Shown piece by piece: positions 1 to 12,267 of a stretch of 64,000 nt of DNA. Each line of letters starts with the position of its first letter. Within the stretch, counting starts at the first letter, position 1. Under the pieces are notes generated by a model, which did not search any database, had not been told where the DNA came from, and worked only from the letters and a program-made list of their open reading frames with translations. Source of the stretch: Haplodiscus bocki (lineage: Eukaryota); the NCBI GenBank assembly GCA_965655095.1, contig OZ296649.1, positions 51,832,001-51,896,000 of the forward strand. Reading direction: 5' to 3'. The translations under genes were made by a program, and so were the position numbers.

Positions 1-611
1 GTCATGCAAAATTAGAGAAATGTTAACTATGTTAGCTTCACATGAAACACAGAAAAATCACAGGACAGGAACGTCGTGATTTTCCCATCTGTTTTAAAAG
101 ACATGGAAGTACGTTAACGAAATACTTACAGTGTTATTCGGTTTTTTTTACGCTTTTTCGTAGATTTGCGGCTTCGTCCGACATGAGAATTTTCGACCAA
201 CCTTTTGATTTTGTTTTTCAAAACACACCAAGGCTGCGTGTGTGTATATATAGAATTTTTTCCATAAGCTCCTCTCGGGTGTTCAACAGCAATCTGTAAA
301 TTGTCTTCGTTTGCGACATATCGGTATTTTTCCTACCTTCTGATTCGAGGGTATTTGAAGAAGTTAGTTTGTATTTTTTTGATTGCTTGATTTAACAAAC
401 GATAATGACTTTCTTTGCTCTGAGGAGCAAGCATCCTATTTTCCAAATCAAGAGGGTTTTCTTGTAGTCGACTGATCAGCTCTGGTAATCAAAAATCACT
501 ATTTAAGCTGGCAAACGCCAGCTTATTACGGTGGACCCGTGTTTTCTTTTGTGTCAATCCCAACTCGCACGAGATGATAGTTGGATGAATCTAGTCAAGG
601 TCAGGGATTAT

Positions 612-690
612 TTGGGCTAGTGGTTAATGACGATAACCAATGCGCATGGTTATTGCGCTCGGCCGAGTTCGAATCCCGTCTCTACCAATT
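612..690 (+). repeat. tRNA-derived SINE-like head / pseudo-tRNA
   Basis: A-box-like TAGTGGTTA and B-box GTTCGAATCCC. No complete cloverleaf. Confidence 0.35.
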
Positions 691-3219
691 TCTTTTGTGC
701 TCGCTGTTTCCATTTTTCTTATTTGCCATTTTTAGAAAAAAAACGCTTAATTTACCTATTGGAAGTCATCTGTTTGCTTTCCAATTTTTTTTTTGAAAGG
801 TTATTGGGCATTGAAATTTTATTTTTGGTTCTTTCTGAGTTTCTTTGTTGGTTCTATCAATTTTCAATGTTATGTATCATTTTCGAAAATGATCTATTTT
901 TGCCTGATTTTTAATCATTATCCCTATCACGTCAATTGTTGCGAGCGGAAATTGAGAAAGTTTTTACGAACAAAAAGTTCTTGAAAGTCTTGTCGAAAAT
1001 CACGAAAAATATTGTAAGTTTAATGTATAAAAATGGCCTGTATGCTATATTTTTCGCAACTTCCCTTTTTTGGGTTGCATCTAATCTTTTCATTTGCGCA
1101 TGCAGCCTAAATTAAAGCAAATCGTTGAGTTTCGGGAAATTGTTCCAACTTTTAGCTGTTTCTCTCAAAAAATAGTGTTTGACTTTTGAAGTAGGCCAAA
1201 ACTTAGCTAATATCAAGATTTTCTCAATTTTTTTTGCAATTCTGACCCCGGTATCAACCTTTAGGAACGTGTCCAACTAATACAACAGGAAGCACAGCTA
1301 CAGTCAAACAGTAGGTTCTCTGTATTTTAAGGGGCTTTTTGATAGGCTTTTGATTGAGTGACGTATAAAGTTGGTCAGAATACGCAATTTCACACTTTCC
1401 GCCAAATTTCCCCACTTCTGCCTGCCTTATGTAAACTAATATAATACAGAAGTGCAAATATGGCTAAATACAGACTGACGTTTCATTGTTGTTCTCCAGG
1501 GACTTTTTCGTTGTTCTGAAGTAAACAAGAAGTAGCTAATTCTTCGACTTTATCCGAATTTTCAATCGGTTGCCCTTTTATATGACTTTTCATCTACTAG
1601 TGCATTGAGAACCAACATCTGAGGACGTCTTTCAGATATGCATTGGATATCATTTTTTGCCGGATAATGGTCGGTGTTATCGTTTTCAATCCGGAGAATT
1701 ATATAAGTTGACGATTTTTGTATATTTTGTTTGTTTGTTTTCCAAATCATTTTTGTGACTACGAATCCTGCTAAACTAATTGGTAAACGTTGAAATCTGG
1801 GAATTGTCTTTCGAAGTTTCAATTGAGGAAGGTACTTTTTGTGCCAGAAAGTCCCTTTTCGTTTTTGCTCCCCAAATGAGCTTCCTGGTTACAAATGCAT
1901 CAGATAGGTGGTGTTCATAAGCGCAGTGCTACTGCTGCAAGTTTTTCTGCTCAATTACTTTAAGACAGTCTACTGATTGGGCCAGGAGGGAGCCTCCTTC
2001 TGCCACAGGGCGTCTATGTTTAGTACGATTCTCGAATGACTATCTCAAATTGGGGAAATTTCTTCTTTCATGGTTTTTCTCTGGCGTTTTTGCTGTCATG
2101 AAAACTTTGCAGCCTGTAGCTGAGATCCCAGAACTGGGAAATTCTGATTTTCTTAGGTGGAATCAGGCTTTGATAAGCGCAGGCAGAAGTTGTTATGTTG
2201 TTCCCGTCAACTCCCCCCGATTTTCATGGTTAGTGCTGTTCCAAATTTTCGGAAAACTGACGGAATTTATTTTGCCAGCTTTGCGAAACTCTGCTTCGCA
2301 TCTGAGTAACACTTGCGCTAACCTGTGTTATTGTGTGCATCGGCGGACATTTTTCCGATCCATTCATAATTCGCATTTGTTCCTTGATTTTGTTCATGCA
2401 CTCTCGCTTTCTTGCAAAAGTATGTTCATACAATTTCGCGGAGTTGAAAAGTTTTGTTCACGTGGCCTATTCTCCATCGTGCGTGCTTGCTTTAGTTGTA
2501 AAGCGAATTAACTACTGTAGCCGTTCGTACTGGTTACAGTTGTATGTTACTTTTTGAGAAATAACTAACTTGTTAAATTTGTGCTCAATCAGTAGTTTGC
2601 ATAGTACAGTAGCCCTTTTAAAAGTTAGTTGTATTTGGTCGATTTGTTCACTAATATTCCGTTAGCGCAAGTGTGGCGAAGCCCAACTTCGCCTCTGTAA
2701 ATGATATTTGATGATGGTTGGAATTTTAATCAACGAATCATTTCAATAACCGAATCCTTATTGGTAAACGCAGTATCATGGCTTTCTGCCTATGACTGGT
2801 CATCTGTATGCCATTACACCGAGTGGTCACGTTATCATGGAGATCTTTTTATGCCGTGAAGAACTTTTTGATGATTTTCCATCGTCAGATGTTTCGGGAT
2901 TTGAAATAATTGATTACTAAAAAATGTTTTGGACAGACGCTTGGTAGGAAATGGCTGAATTTAAAGATTGGATTGAAGAGACAACATCGGCAACCGAGTG
3001 TAAAGTTTGCAATAATAATTTATTTATTGGTAATATGAAAATTTCGGTGAAAGCAGAGCTTTGTTTTGTTGGTGGCGATGGTGGATTGGCTCAGCACGGG
3101 TCGAAGTAACAGATTGTAAAAAAACGCTTGTATGCTCATCAATGATGTCATAAGAAAAGCTGAAAGTCTGGTTATTTTCCCGATTAGGATGGGTATGATG
3201 TATTTGTGTCCAAGTTTGT

Positions 3220-4580
3220 AAAAATTAGCTGCTGCTCTCGGATAAGTCCACAGTGAAACTTTGTCAGGGTTCCTGGCATTTTTTATAGTTGAAGAGGTAT
3301 TCTGTGTCATGCTCTGCTCTGGATCGCTGTACCCCAGGCTATATCGTTGCCGGTCCGATGAAATCAGGCGTTCAGGATTGATTAGAAACACTCTATGAAT
3401 TGAGCTAGTCTCGATATTGTCTTTCGAGATGAAGAAAAACTTCAGGTGCAATTGAACCCAATGACTCAATTTGGACGCCTTTTGCTCCTTGCTTTTGTGA
3501 CAACGCTTGTTTGAAGCAGCAACATGCTTCTCTGCCATTTCAGATGCGTCCAATACGTGGCCTCCGTGTCGTCCACGTCGAAACTCTCCTCAAAGTATCT
3601 TGTATTTCTTTCTGCCGGTTCCGGACGAAATCCATGACTTAAGTGATCTGGCTTCTGACACATCAGGAGATGCTGTCCGACGAGACGCTGGCTGTGTTCA
3701 ATGTCGGGTAGAAGTTAGCACTCTTTATCATCTTAAGGGGATATTCGAACGCAGCCTGTGATTCTTCTCGAGGCAGAATTCTGTCAACTCTGTAATTTTA
3801 CGGGCTTGACTCTGTAGAATTAGGACTTGGACTGGAGCAGCATAGTTGAATAGTCGCCTCCGGGTGCTTTAAATGATAGCAGAATCTCCCTCCACCACCG
3901 AGAGCTCTACGTGCCACGTCGTTTCTCTTCTTGAGCTTGTTGACTTAAGCGGTTGTGTGTGCTTTGAAGCAATGAAGTTCGTCAAAGACGAACCCTAAAA
4001 TTTTCCTTTACCAACGGAACTTGGTTACCAGCAGTTCCAAAATACATGGACGCTGAATTTTTTTGACGCCGTGACAGATGAACAGATCTGCTTTTCACGC
4101 AATCGTCTCGATAGCCCTTACGCAATTGATTTCCCAGTAGCGCAAATTTTGCTAAACCATAGTTGCAACCAATTCGTCTCGCAGTGGTGTACCAGCGGCA
4201 GCAGCATCCGTGACTTGTCAAAATTTCGCAATAGTCAAACTTCCTGACATTTTCTCCGCCAATGCATTTTGTGACATAAGAACTACTTTTAAGTTGGGGA
4301 CAAAGGACTTTCTAAAGTTCCAACGGTAATAAATTGAAAGAGGATCGGACCTGCAATCGCTCCCCGGCAAGTTCAATTCTCTAATATGCCATTGGTCCCC
4401 TTTCGTACTCTTTTCGAGTCATAGCTGAAAGTGGCAGGAGCTGCAGCGCATTCGCCCCAAAACATTCACGAAACTTGTCTAGGTATATTATTCAGCTGCT
4501 CTTTCAGCTCTGGAATAAAAGGGCCGGTAGCCAGAACGGTGTAGTCATCTGCGTAAGTCACTATCCGAGGGTGTTTCAGT
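3220..4580 (-). mobile_element. Decayed 5'-truncated non-LTR retrotransposon (RT 3' half and C-terminal zinc-knuckle region), interrupted at about 4050-4420
   Basis: Minus-strand fragments IVTYADDYTVLATGP (YADD), KILGFVFD, FNYAAPV, QNSASRRITGC, HDTEYLFN and SLWTYPRAAANF occur in the expected order, with frameshifts. Confidence 0.75.
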
Positions 4581-6187
4581 CATATACACAACTACAAGCT
4601 TAGAGCGAGTCGGCGCAGCCCGTGTGGTTCAAAATACCCATGACGGAATTGATTTTGAAAACATTTTATTTTGAATATTTCTTGGTATAAAATGTATGAA
4701 AACATAGCTTATGCTGGGACTCGAGCCCGCTACATGTCGGTTTAGCAGATTTTAAAAGGGATTTATCTCGAAAATAGGTAGATTTTTGATATAATTTCCG
4801 GTGTGAACGTTGAAAAGTAAAGCGTATACCGGGGCTCGAAACGCCAACCTGTGGCTTTGGAACGCACTAGGCCACGGAGATACCACATGAGCTCCAGACA
4901 AACTCTATAATTGGATCGATACGCAGTGAGGTATGTTCTCTTACGATAAAAGGAAACTGTTATGGTCGGCATGTTTATTTCATAAAGCGCTGACTAAAAA
5001 AGAAGGGAGAGAGTATTCATCCTCGGGGCTCTCCCATGCAGACCTTTCAAAAGGACGAACGTGTATTGGGAATCCCGTTGTGTCAGAGTGGAGAAGCTAT
5101 TGCTGGGTTAGAGCCATTCAAAACCACTCATTCCTTCTCTCCTTTCAAATGGTAGGTCGGAAGGCATTGGTCCCATCGCAGGGAGTAGATCTGCGGAGAA
5201 GGTCAGTTCGCGTGGAGCTTCTCAGTTCTCTTCCTTTTTCTCTTGGACTGCAACTTTTCGTTAAACAATACAGATGATACCAGCTAGCTGTTCCAGGTGT
5301 TTTCTAATATTGCCATTGATCGTGGTTTTTTTTGCAGCAAAAACTATTACATTGAAGTATGTCGAGTATATCACGCGAGTTTGAATTTTTTCTTTTTCTA
5401 AATGCCTCGAAAGATATCTGTTCAAGTTGTCCGGAATGAACCAAATGTCATTTGGGCATTCTGTACTATATTTGAAGCATTGTTAGAATTCTATTCATTG
5501 AACAAACTGAATTGCTGTTGTTGAAAAGCTGCTTTGGCTTTCGAATGAAACAGTCATCGTGGAAAGCCGTTTCTCAATTAACAGATTGGCACCCTTGTGG
5601 CACTTCGTTAATGTAAGTGTGGTTTGAAGCACTGTCAAATTATTCTGAATTTCGAGGAGACGAGACGCGTCCTCCTATCTATGAAAATCTCCATGACAAA
5701 GTGCAAAGTGGGAAATTGATTCGGAAGCAAGTGAACAAATTTCAAAGATGCACGGAAACGAAAACAGCATTAGTTGTCTGTTTTGTTTGCTAACATCTAG
5801 AGACTGACAGATGAATCAGTTCATCTCATTGAGCTTGTAAGCAAGAAAGCTGTCGATAGCTTGCCCAATTGGCGAATCAAACACCTTGCGTGATGCTACG
5901 ATTCTACAAGAAAAATCTCCGCAAACTCGAATAGATTTGGAATTTTGGAAAAAGGATTGCATTCGAATTGGTTTTTCTGTTGAGTGGAGATACTCGTTGA
6001 ATGATTGATGAATTGACTTTTTGTTACTGTTTTTTGCAGACATTCATAAAGAGTAGCTGCGGATTGTCATGGAGGTCATCTGTGTGTATTTTCACAATCG
6101 AGCATTGCCAGCCCGCTGTATTTTGATATAATTTATGTTTCTATGTTTATTATGACTTGGGAAAGTTTTAATTTACTCGGTTGTTTT

Positions 6188-6345
6188 CACGATTTTTCGT
6201 ACAACATTTCGACCCTGGTCCAAAATAAGAATTTTCGCGGGACATTTGGAAAATTTGATTTTTTTTCAAAACGTAGCAATGCAGACTGGGATTACAGGAG
6301 AAACTATCACAGTGGCGGTCATAGTGCGCAAATCGAAAGATATTC
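6188..6345 (+). repeat. Dispersed repeat family A (other copies about 140-225, 9050-9225, 45118-45302)
   Basis: Shared TTTTTCGTAC.ACATTT...CCAAAATAAG...ACATTTG.AAATTTGATTTTTTT...CATAGTAGC core. The copies at 9050 and 45118 end in CTTGGGTGGCT. Confidence 0.7.
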
Positions 6346-9049
6346 AAAATTTTTTGCCTGCTCTCCAGGTTAATACTCAGATCCAAAATGAAAAGTCTCC
6401 AAATCCTCTGAATATATTCATTCTATGGAACACTAGTAACGGGATTGACCGGGTAAGTTGATGTGCATTGAATTTTTCAGTTCTAACCCGAAATAGTATC
6501 TAGTAACTGGTGCAGATTCTCCTAGGATGTGGGAATTGAGCAAATGAAACCAAATCTGGAGAAATTAGACATTTTTTTTTTCAACTTGCTTTCATGGAAG
6601 GTGAGAGAATGGTAAATGGTGGGAGTGGCTGGCGAAGTTTTCTTTGGAAATAACTTTTAATGTCCATGCGGGTACATGCCCGGCAGCGATGTGGCCATTC
6701 TCAGGTGGCGAGAATGCATTGTAATTAAAAATATGATCAAATGATTTCACCTTTTGACTGCCGTTGCCGGGGACGCGCCTGGTAAGAGGAGGAGTGAATG
6801 GCAAAGTTGATTTGGGAAAAACATTCATTTTTTACGAGCTAATTTCCTGACAAATGCGTGTCCATACCTAGGCAGTGGCAATGACAGAAATGACAAAATT
6901 TTCAAAATATTTAACCTTTCCCTCTTTGGGTCTGGGGCTTAGGGAGGAAGATTAGGGAAAGTAGTGGGAACAACCAGGGAAGTTGAATTTGTTAAAAGTT
7001 TGCGATCCCTATTCCTGTTGTTATCCCGCCTTGGGCGTTCCTTTTGCCAAGCTTTGAAAATGTGGGAATGGAAAAATAGTGGAAAGCTGTACATTTATTC
7101 AAAATTTAGGACATCGAACAGGGAGGGTATGGTAACTAGTTGGAATGGTCGATATATTTAAAAAGGCAAACAATTTTCCTCTTCACTGCGGGATATCCGG
7201 GAAAAACTGAGGCCATGCGAAGCATCGAATTATCCAGAGGATCTAAAAATATTTTACTTTGAGATTTTTCTAATTTCAGAGTTGCTTTGAGAGTTGGGGC
7301 CAATTAATGGGAGGGGCGGATTGTTACGAATATTTACCGTTTTTGATGAGCAAAAATGGCTCTCAGTTTAGAAAACACAGTGCGTGCTAATCATTTGATA
7401 TTGTTGCTGTTTTGATTGCTGTTTCTGCTAACTGAGTTCTAGAATCGAATTATCAAGCTGTAGCTACACCATTGCATGTCTAAGGGGGATTTTTGGAGTC
7501 AATTTTTTGTGCTTCAATAGGAGCGTCTAAGTCGTCTTCACTCGTGAGCTTTGATGGCTTGAACTTTGACCACTTCTGAAAGTTTTCCCTTTGATCTCTC
7601 ACGAAATGGCCTGTGAAAACAAAATTGAAACTTCTAAAACGCACTGCATCAGCCACCAAGCTGTGGTGTAGCTTAGTCACTGAGTCAATCACAAGGAAAG
7701 CGCATTTTTAGAAAATGTTCCCGAAAGTCAGTGTCGTTATAGTTTTGTCACAAGCTGTTAGAGTCTTCTCGTGAAAGGTTTTTCGTTAGAGTCCTCGCGA
7801 AAAAGCATCCAACAATGAGATAGTGAACTAATGAATTGGTTAATGTTGACAGGCTTGGCCATTCATGCAGGCTGCTTCTACCTTCCGTTACCTTTCTTTA
7901 GCAGCACTGCTTGTCTCATAATATAAATAATCTCCCTGACTTGCCATGCTCTCTTGATTTGAGTCTACTATAAATAGTGTTCCGTTTCCATTTGAGTCTC
8001 TTGCAAATTTTTGGTTATAAAAATGAAAGGTCGTTCTCAGTAATTGACACTTCCTCATTTCATTATCCGCTAACGTTTTCAAGTTCCTAGCACTATCATT
8101 GACTTGTATTTCAAACAAAACCGAGTGTTGTTCTTTTTTTTGCACCTAGTTGTTTTTTAGTGTGGACGTCTTGCCACGTTTGAAGCACACATTCTTTAAT
8201 TTGTCGCCCGAATGTTTTCAATACTGATAGACTCCTGGAAATAGCTTGGTAATACGGGATAATTCATTCCTTCCGCTAAGTTGAAGAATTGTTTCAAGAA
8301 TCTCGTGTACATTGTTTTCGTTTTTAAACATGTATTTTTTCTCCCGCGTTTTTTCTGAGGAGTTGCCAAATCTTTTAGTTGACAATCGGCTTCGGTCGAG
8401 TCTCGCGTCGCTTGTGTTTCAACTGTCCTTTACGTCTTTTTCAATCTGTCAGGTTTCTGTGATCCTGCGGAATGCTGGCCAATCTTTTCATTCTGGTGAA
8501 TCGTCATCTCTGCTGACTGTTTCTCCTCATGGGTTCCGCGCTTCTACCACTACCAGTATTTTTCGAGTTTCAAATCTAAAATAATGGGTAATTAACGATT
8601 ATTGCCCGAATTTCGCAATTTTCACCAATATTCTCGTCATCTTACCTACCATTTGAGTCTTTGACCTGAATTTCCTAAATTATGGCAACCCTACCGTTTT
8701 TGAAAATAATTTTTTGCTGGAAAAAAAAGCTAATTTCGTGTTTTGAATTAACGAAATTTCCAGAATGTTTTTCTCTTCTGCCAAACATAGTTCGATAGAG
8801 TTTGTTGATTTTCAAAGTTTTTCAAATTTGTGAAATTTTCACGGAGAAACGGTATCTCACAGGGCTAAAAGTAGTTAGTTTCCCGATTTTTAATGAGTTC
8901 TCAATTCTTTGGATATCAGCCATGTTTTCACTAGTTACAACAAAAACGATTTAGAAAAGCAAATATAGCATTATACACCGGGATTTTTAGAATGTATAAG
9001 GACTTCGGAAAATTTTAATTCTACGAAGTTCTTATAGTGTTTTTCGGTT

Positions 9050-9225
9050 TTCGTCTTTTTGTTTGGCATTTTACGGCCTCATCCGAAATCGAGAATTTCG
9101 TGCGACATTTCATTTTTTTTTCGAAACTGCGTAGGAGTACAGACTGGACCATACGGAGCATCATAGTAGCGGTCAGAAGGATTAAATCAAAAAAATCCGA
9201 AGTTCTATCTGACTTGGGTGGCTCA
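9050..9225 (+). repeat. Dispersed repeat family A copy
   Basis: Similar to 6188-6345 and 45118-45302. Confidence 0.65.
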
Positions 9226-9940
9226 CCTTTTTATATATTTAATATTTCGAATCGTATATAACCCTCTATTTCTGTGCTATTGCGATAGTTTTGCTACGGA
9301 GAAGAATTTTTTAACGCCGTGTTGACTGTGTTCACTTTGCGCCGCGCTACTGATAGCTCACAGCTTTCAATTCTAAGTATTTGGAATTTGATCGAGTGCG
9401 TTAGCGGCATCAATTTATTTACTCAAATATATATTTCGGAAAATCTGTGATTATTTGATTCGCAAGTATTTGCGACCCGCAGCTTCGCCTCTGTATAAAA
9501 TCTGTATTATAAAATGCTCAGTTTATCGGATATCTATTTTTACAAGCAGTGATTGCTAGCCAGGGTTAGGATTAATATGTTTCTACTATCCATTTTAGTT
9601 GGCCTAGATGCTTTTTATTCACTTACAGTTTATGAATTTCGTATAGTTTTGCGGAATTTAAAATTAGTTGCGCTTGTTCAGTTTCATTCAGTTACTGTAT
9701 TCTCAACTTTGAGAAGGACCATCTGACCTAGTTTGCTTTATCTTTTCCTTAAAAGATTTAGATAAATTGTATCATTTTGTTTGATACAACTTATAGTTAA
9801 CGAGAAATAGAATGTACATTAAACTCGGAAATGCGGATGAACCAAATTATCATAGCTTTGTTAATCTTTTTCCCGGTTTCCTCCGAAACCTTGTTTACTT
9901 GAAATCTATCTTGCGTGGTCTTTCAAATAAGTGTGTTTAG

Positions 9941-10075
9941 TCAGGAATTGATCTCGTGGACTTCATGCAAAGTTTTACAGAATCAATTTCAAAAGAAAAA
10001 GACGTAGGTCGACGAGGAATTTTGGTTGACCGTTTGGTCAAGCAGTTTCAAGATGACTTCACTGCAATTGAACAG
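9941..10075 (+). CDS. ECH1: ECH1-like delta(3,5)-delta(2,4)-dienoyl-CoA isomerase, internal exon (5' exons not found in window)
   Basis: Translates (S)GIDLVDFMQSFTESISKEKDVGRRGILVDRLVKQFQDDFTAIEQ, matching the crotonase-family AGIDL...FNVIER segment. AG acceptor (exon start 9941 or 9945) and GT donor at 10076. Confidence 0.88.
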
Positions 10076-10328
10076 GTTTGCTGAGTTCTTTGAGATGTGG
10101 GATATTGTCTTCCAAACCTACTTAATTTTTTACATAGACGAATATTCAATCAATTTTGAAGGTCTTTGATTGATCTAATCAAAATGTATGTATGTGTTTT
10201 TCATGTGACCGTATTTTGGAACGCATACTGGCATGATTGTATCGTTTAGGATAGTGCTACTTTGTTGCAAGAATATATGCCAGTACTTGAAAAAAACCGT
10301 TGAAAAAAAGTTGATTGATCACTACCGT

Positions 10329-10330
<2 letters not shown>

Positions 10331-10396
<66 letters not shown>
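10331..10396. repeat. (AT)n microsatellite, about 33 units, intronic
   Basis: Directly visible. Confidence 0.98.
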
Positions 10397-10399
<3 letters not shown>

Positions 10400-10534
10400 T
10401 ACTTCTTTTTGCTCAGCCAGCCAGGTTAAATTAAGTCTGCTGTCCTCTGGGACACCTTTATTGTAATTTGCTACAATGGTGCCTTTGCTTTGGTTCTTAA
10501 TAATTCACTTCTCATTTTGCGTTTCTTTTTTTAG

Positions 10535-10583
10535 TGTGATAAACCTGTCATAGCTGCTGTGCACAATGGGTGCATCGGAGGAG
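10535..10583 (+). CDS. ECH1: ECH1-like exon
   Basis: CDKPVIAAVHNGCIGGG, a crotonase signature. ttttag acceptor, gtgaga donor, phase fits the neighbouring exons. Confidence 0.93.
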
Positions 10584-11272
10584 GTGAGAAAATTCTGATT
10601 GTTACTGCTGCTAAATACGGCACACTGCATCACAAATTTATTGAACTAATTCTCCAAAAAAAAACACATTAAAGATGTGCTGCGGTCGTCACCCTTGCTG
10701 TTTCATGTCAATTGCATTGAAATTTGTCAAGTGGGGAGGCAACCGAATGCGGTTCTTTCATTTTCCACGTCCTTATCTTGACAACTAGTCTCATCGAAGA
10801 TGTTTCAGTGTATAAATAGAGAATGACTTGTCTCTACAATGTTTTCAGATAAATCTAGATTTTGACTGGATAACAATCCCAAATGATGTTCTCCAAATTC
10901 AATGAAAATTGATCATGTTTTCTGCATCTACTTGAAATGTGTTAGTGGCGATGTGAAAAATAGGGGCTCGTTGAAATGTGATCAAGTCTGTCACTTGGTT
11001 GAGAGTATTCAGGAATTTGAAGTAACGAACGCATTCAAACGATCAGAAATTGAATATATTATGCACAAGATAAGATTTTCATGCTGAAATGAGGTTACTT
11101 TGCTTTTCGTGTAATTTGCTGAACATCGTGTGTCTTTAATGGTTATGGGTTTATTGAGAACTCTCTGTTTAAACTGACGCGTTCTTACTGAAACCTTTTC
11201 TCTGAGAAATTCTTGAAATGTTTTCAAAAGTAGTGGAATTCAAATGATCTTTTTATTCACAACCATTTACAG

Positions 11273-11408
11273 GATTGAATTTGATTGCCGCGTGTGATAT
11301 TAGACACTGCAGTCAAGACGCCTGGTTTCAATTAAAAGAAGTAGAAATTGGGATTGCAGCTGATGTAGGAGCTTTGCAAAGACTTCCCAAAATTTTAGCA
11401 AATGATAG
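11273..11408 (+). CDS. ECH1: ECH1-like exon
   Basis: GLNLIAACDIRHCSQDAWFQLKEVEIGIAADVGALQRLPKILAND, with the ECH1 catalytic KEV..G.AADVG motif. Canonical splice sites. Confidence 0.95.
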
Positions 11409-11489
11409 GTAGGCTAGATTTGTTGGTCAAAATCCTTAAATTGTCCTTATTCAGCTGTTTGTCGATTTAAGTGAGTGTCGTTCTTACAG

Positions 11490-11712
11490 TATTCTTCGCG
11501 AACTCTCATATACGGCCAACAAAGTTACTTCAGATGAAGCTCTCTCACTTGGTTTGGTATCCAAAGTTCACGAGGACAAAACTAAGATGATAGAGGAAGC
11601 GATCAAACTGGCCGAAGAAATAGCCTCAAAAAGTCCGCTGGCAGTGCAAGGAACTAAGAGAGCTTTAGTCTATGCCAGAGATCATTCAGTCCAAGAGGGA
11701 TTAGATCAAGTG
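11490..11712 (+). CDS. ECH1: ECH1-like exon
   Basis: SILRELSYTANKVTSDEALSLGLVSKV...AEEIASKSPLAVQGTKRALVYARDHSVQEGLDQV, then a gtaagt donor. Confidence 0.95.
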
Positions 11713-11840
11713 GTAAGTAATTTTTTGTCACAACGAAGACAGCAATAACTCTTCGCATAACTATTTTTAGCCAAGCCTTAATATTACAATGGGTTTTTTA
11801 ATGTCGGAAGCAAAAATTATTACAGGGACGATGCTGAATT

Positions 11841-11906
11841 ATAAGTATAGGGATTCGAATGGTTTGCAACGGGTCCCAGGATTCATGCAATCATTCAACG
11901 GGTGAA
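11841..11906 (+). repeat. Left TIR of Polinton 1
   Basis: ATAAGTATAGGGATTCGAATGGTTTGCAACGGGTCCCAGGATTCATGCAATCATTCAACGGGTGAA; 58/66 identical to the reverse complement of 32837-32902. Confidence 0.95.
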
Positions 11907-11955
11907 TCCTAATCCTATTTTTCTCGAAAGGTTCCAATGAATTTTTTCATTTATA

Positions 11956-12267
11956 ATGGTCGGAATGAATAGCAAGCAGTTCTATGTTTTACTCGTTTTT
12001 TTCCCGTGTTTTTGTGGTCATCTCTCGTCATAGTTTTTTTAATTTGTGAGTTCTACGAAACTCAAAATACATCCAATTACGGTTTAAAATCAACAACAAT
12101 ATCACCTGTTTGGCCAACGAGTTCTTTTACACCTCGTAGTCAATATTACGACGAGTATTGCTTGAATGAAGGTGAATGTTTTTCTCTCCAGATGTGAATG
12201 TTGCGACCTGTAACTGCATTGAGTTTTGCGGTGGAGAGAGATAGAAGAAGTACATGTGGTACAATAG
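11956..12267 (+). pseudogene. Polinton 1 EGF-like growth factor gene (hydrophobic N-terminus, S/T linker, EGF domain), frameshifted
   Basis: (R<C)SQYYDEYCLNEGECFSL/DVNVATCNCIEFCGGER*KKYMWY. Cys1 reads CGT (one change from TGT) and Cys6 is a stop. Approximate spacing CX7CX5CX10CXCX8C. Confidence 0.85.

Noticed and set aside
4590-4880. tRNA genes (CTCGAGCCC / CTCGAAACG motifs; also 612-690 and 24425-24490)
   Set aside because: Only degenerate box motifs are present and no full cloverleaf forms. They are probably SINE-derived.
10233-10466. ORF with YIYIYI run
   Set aside because: It is the translation of an intronic (AT)n microsatellite.
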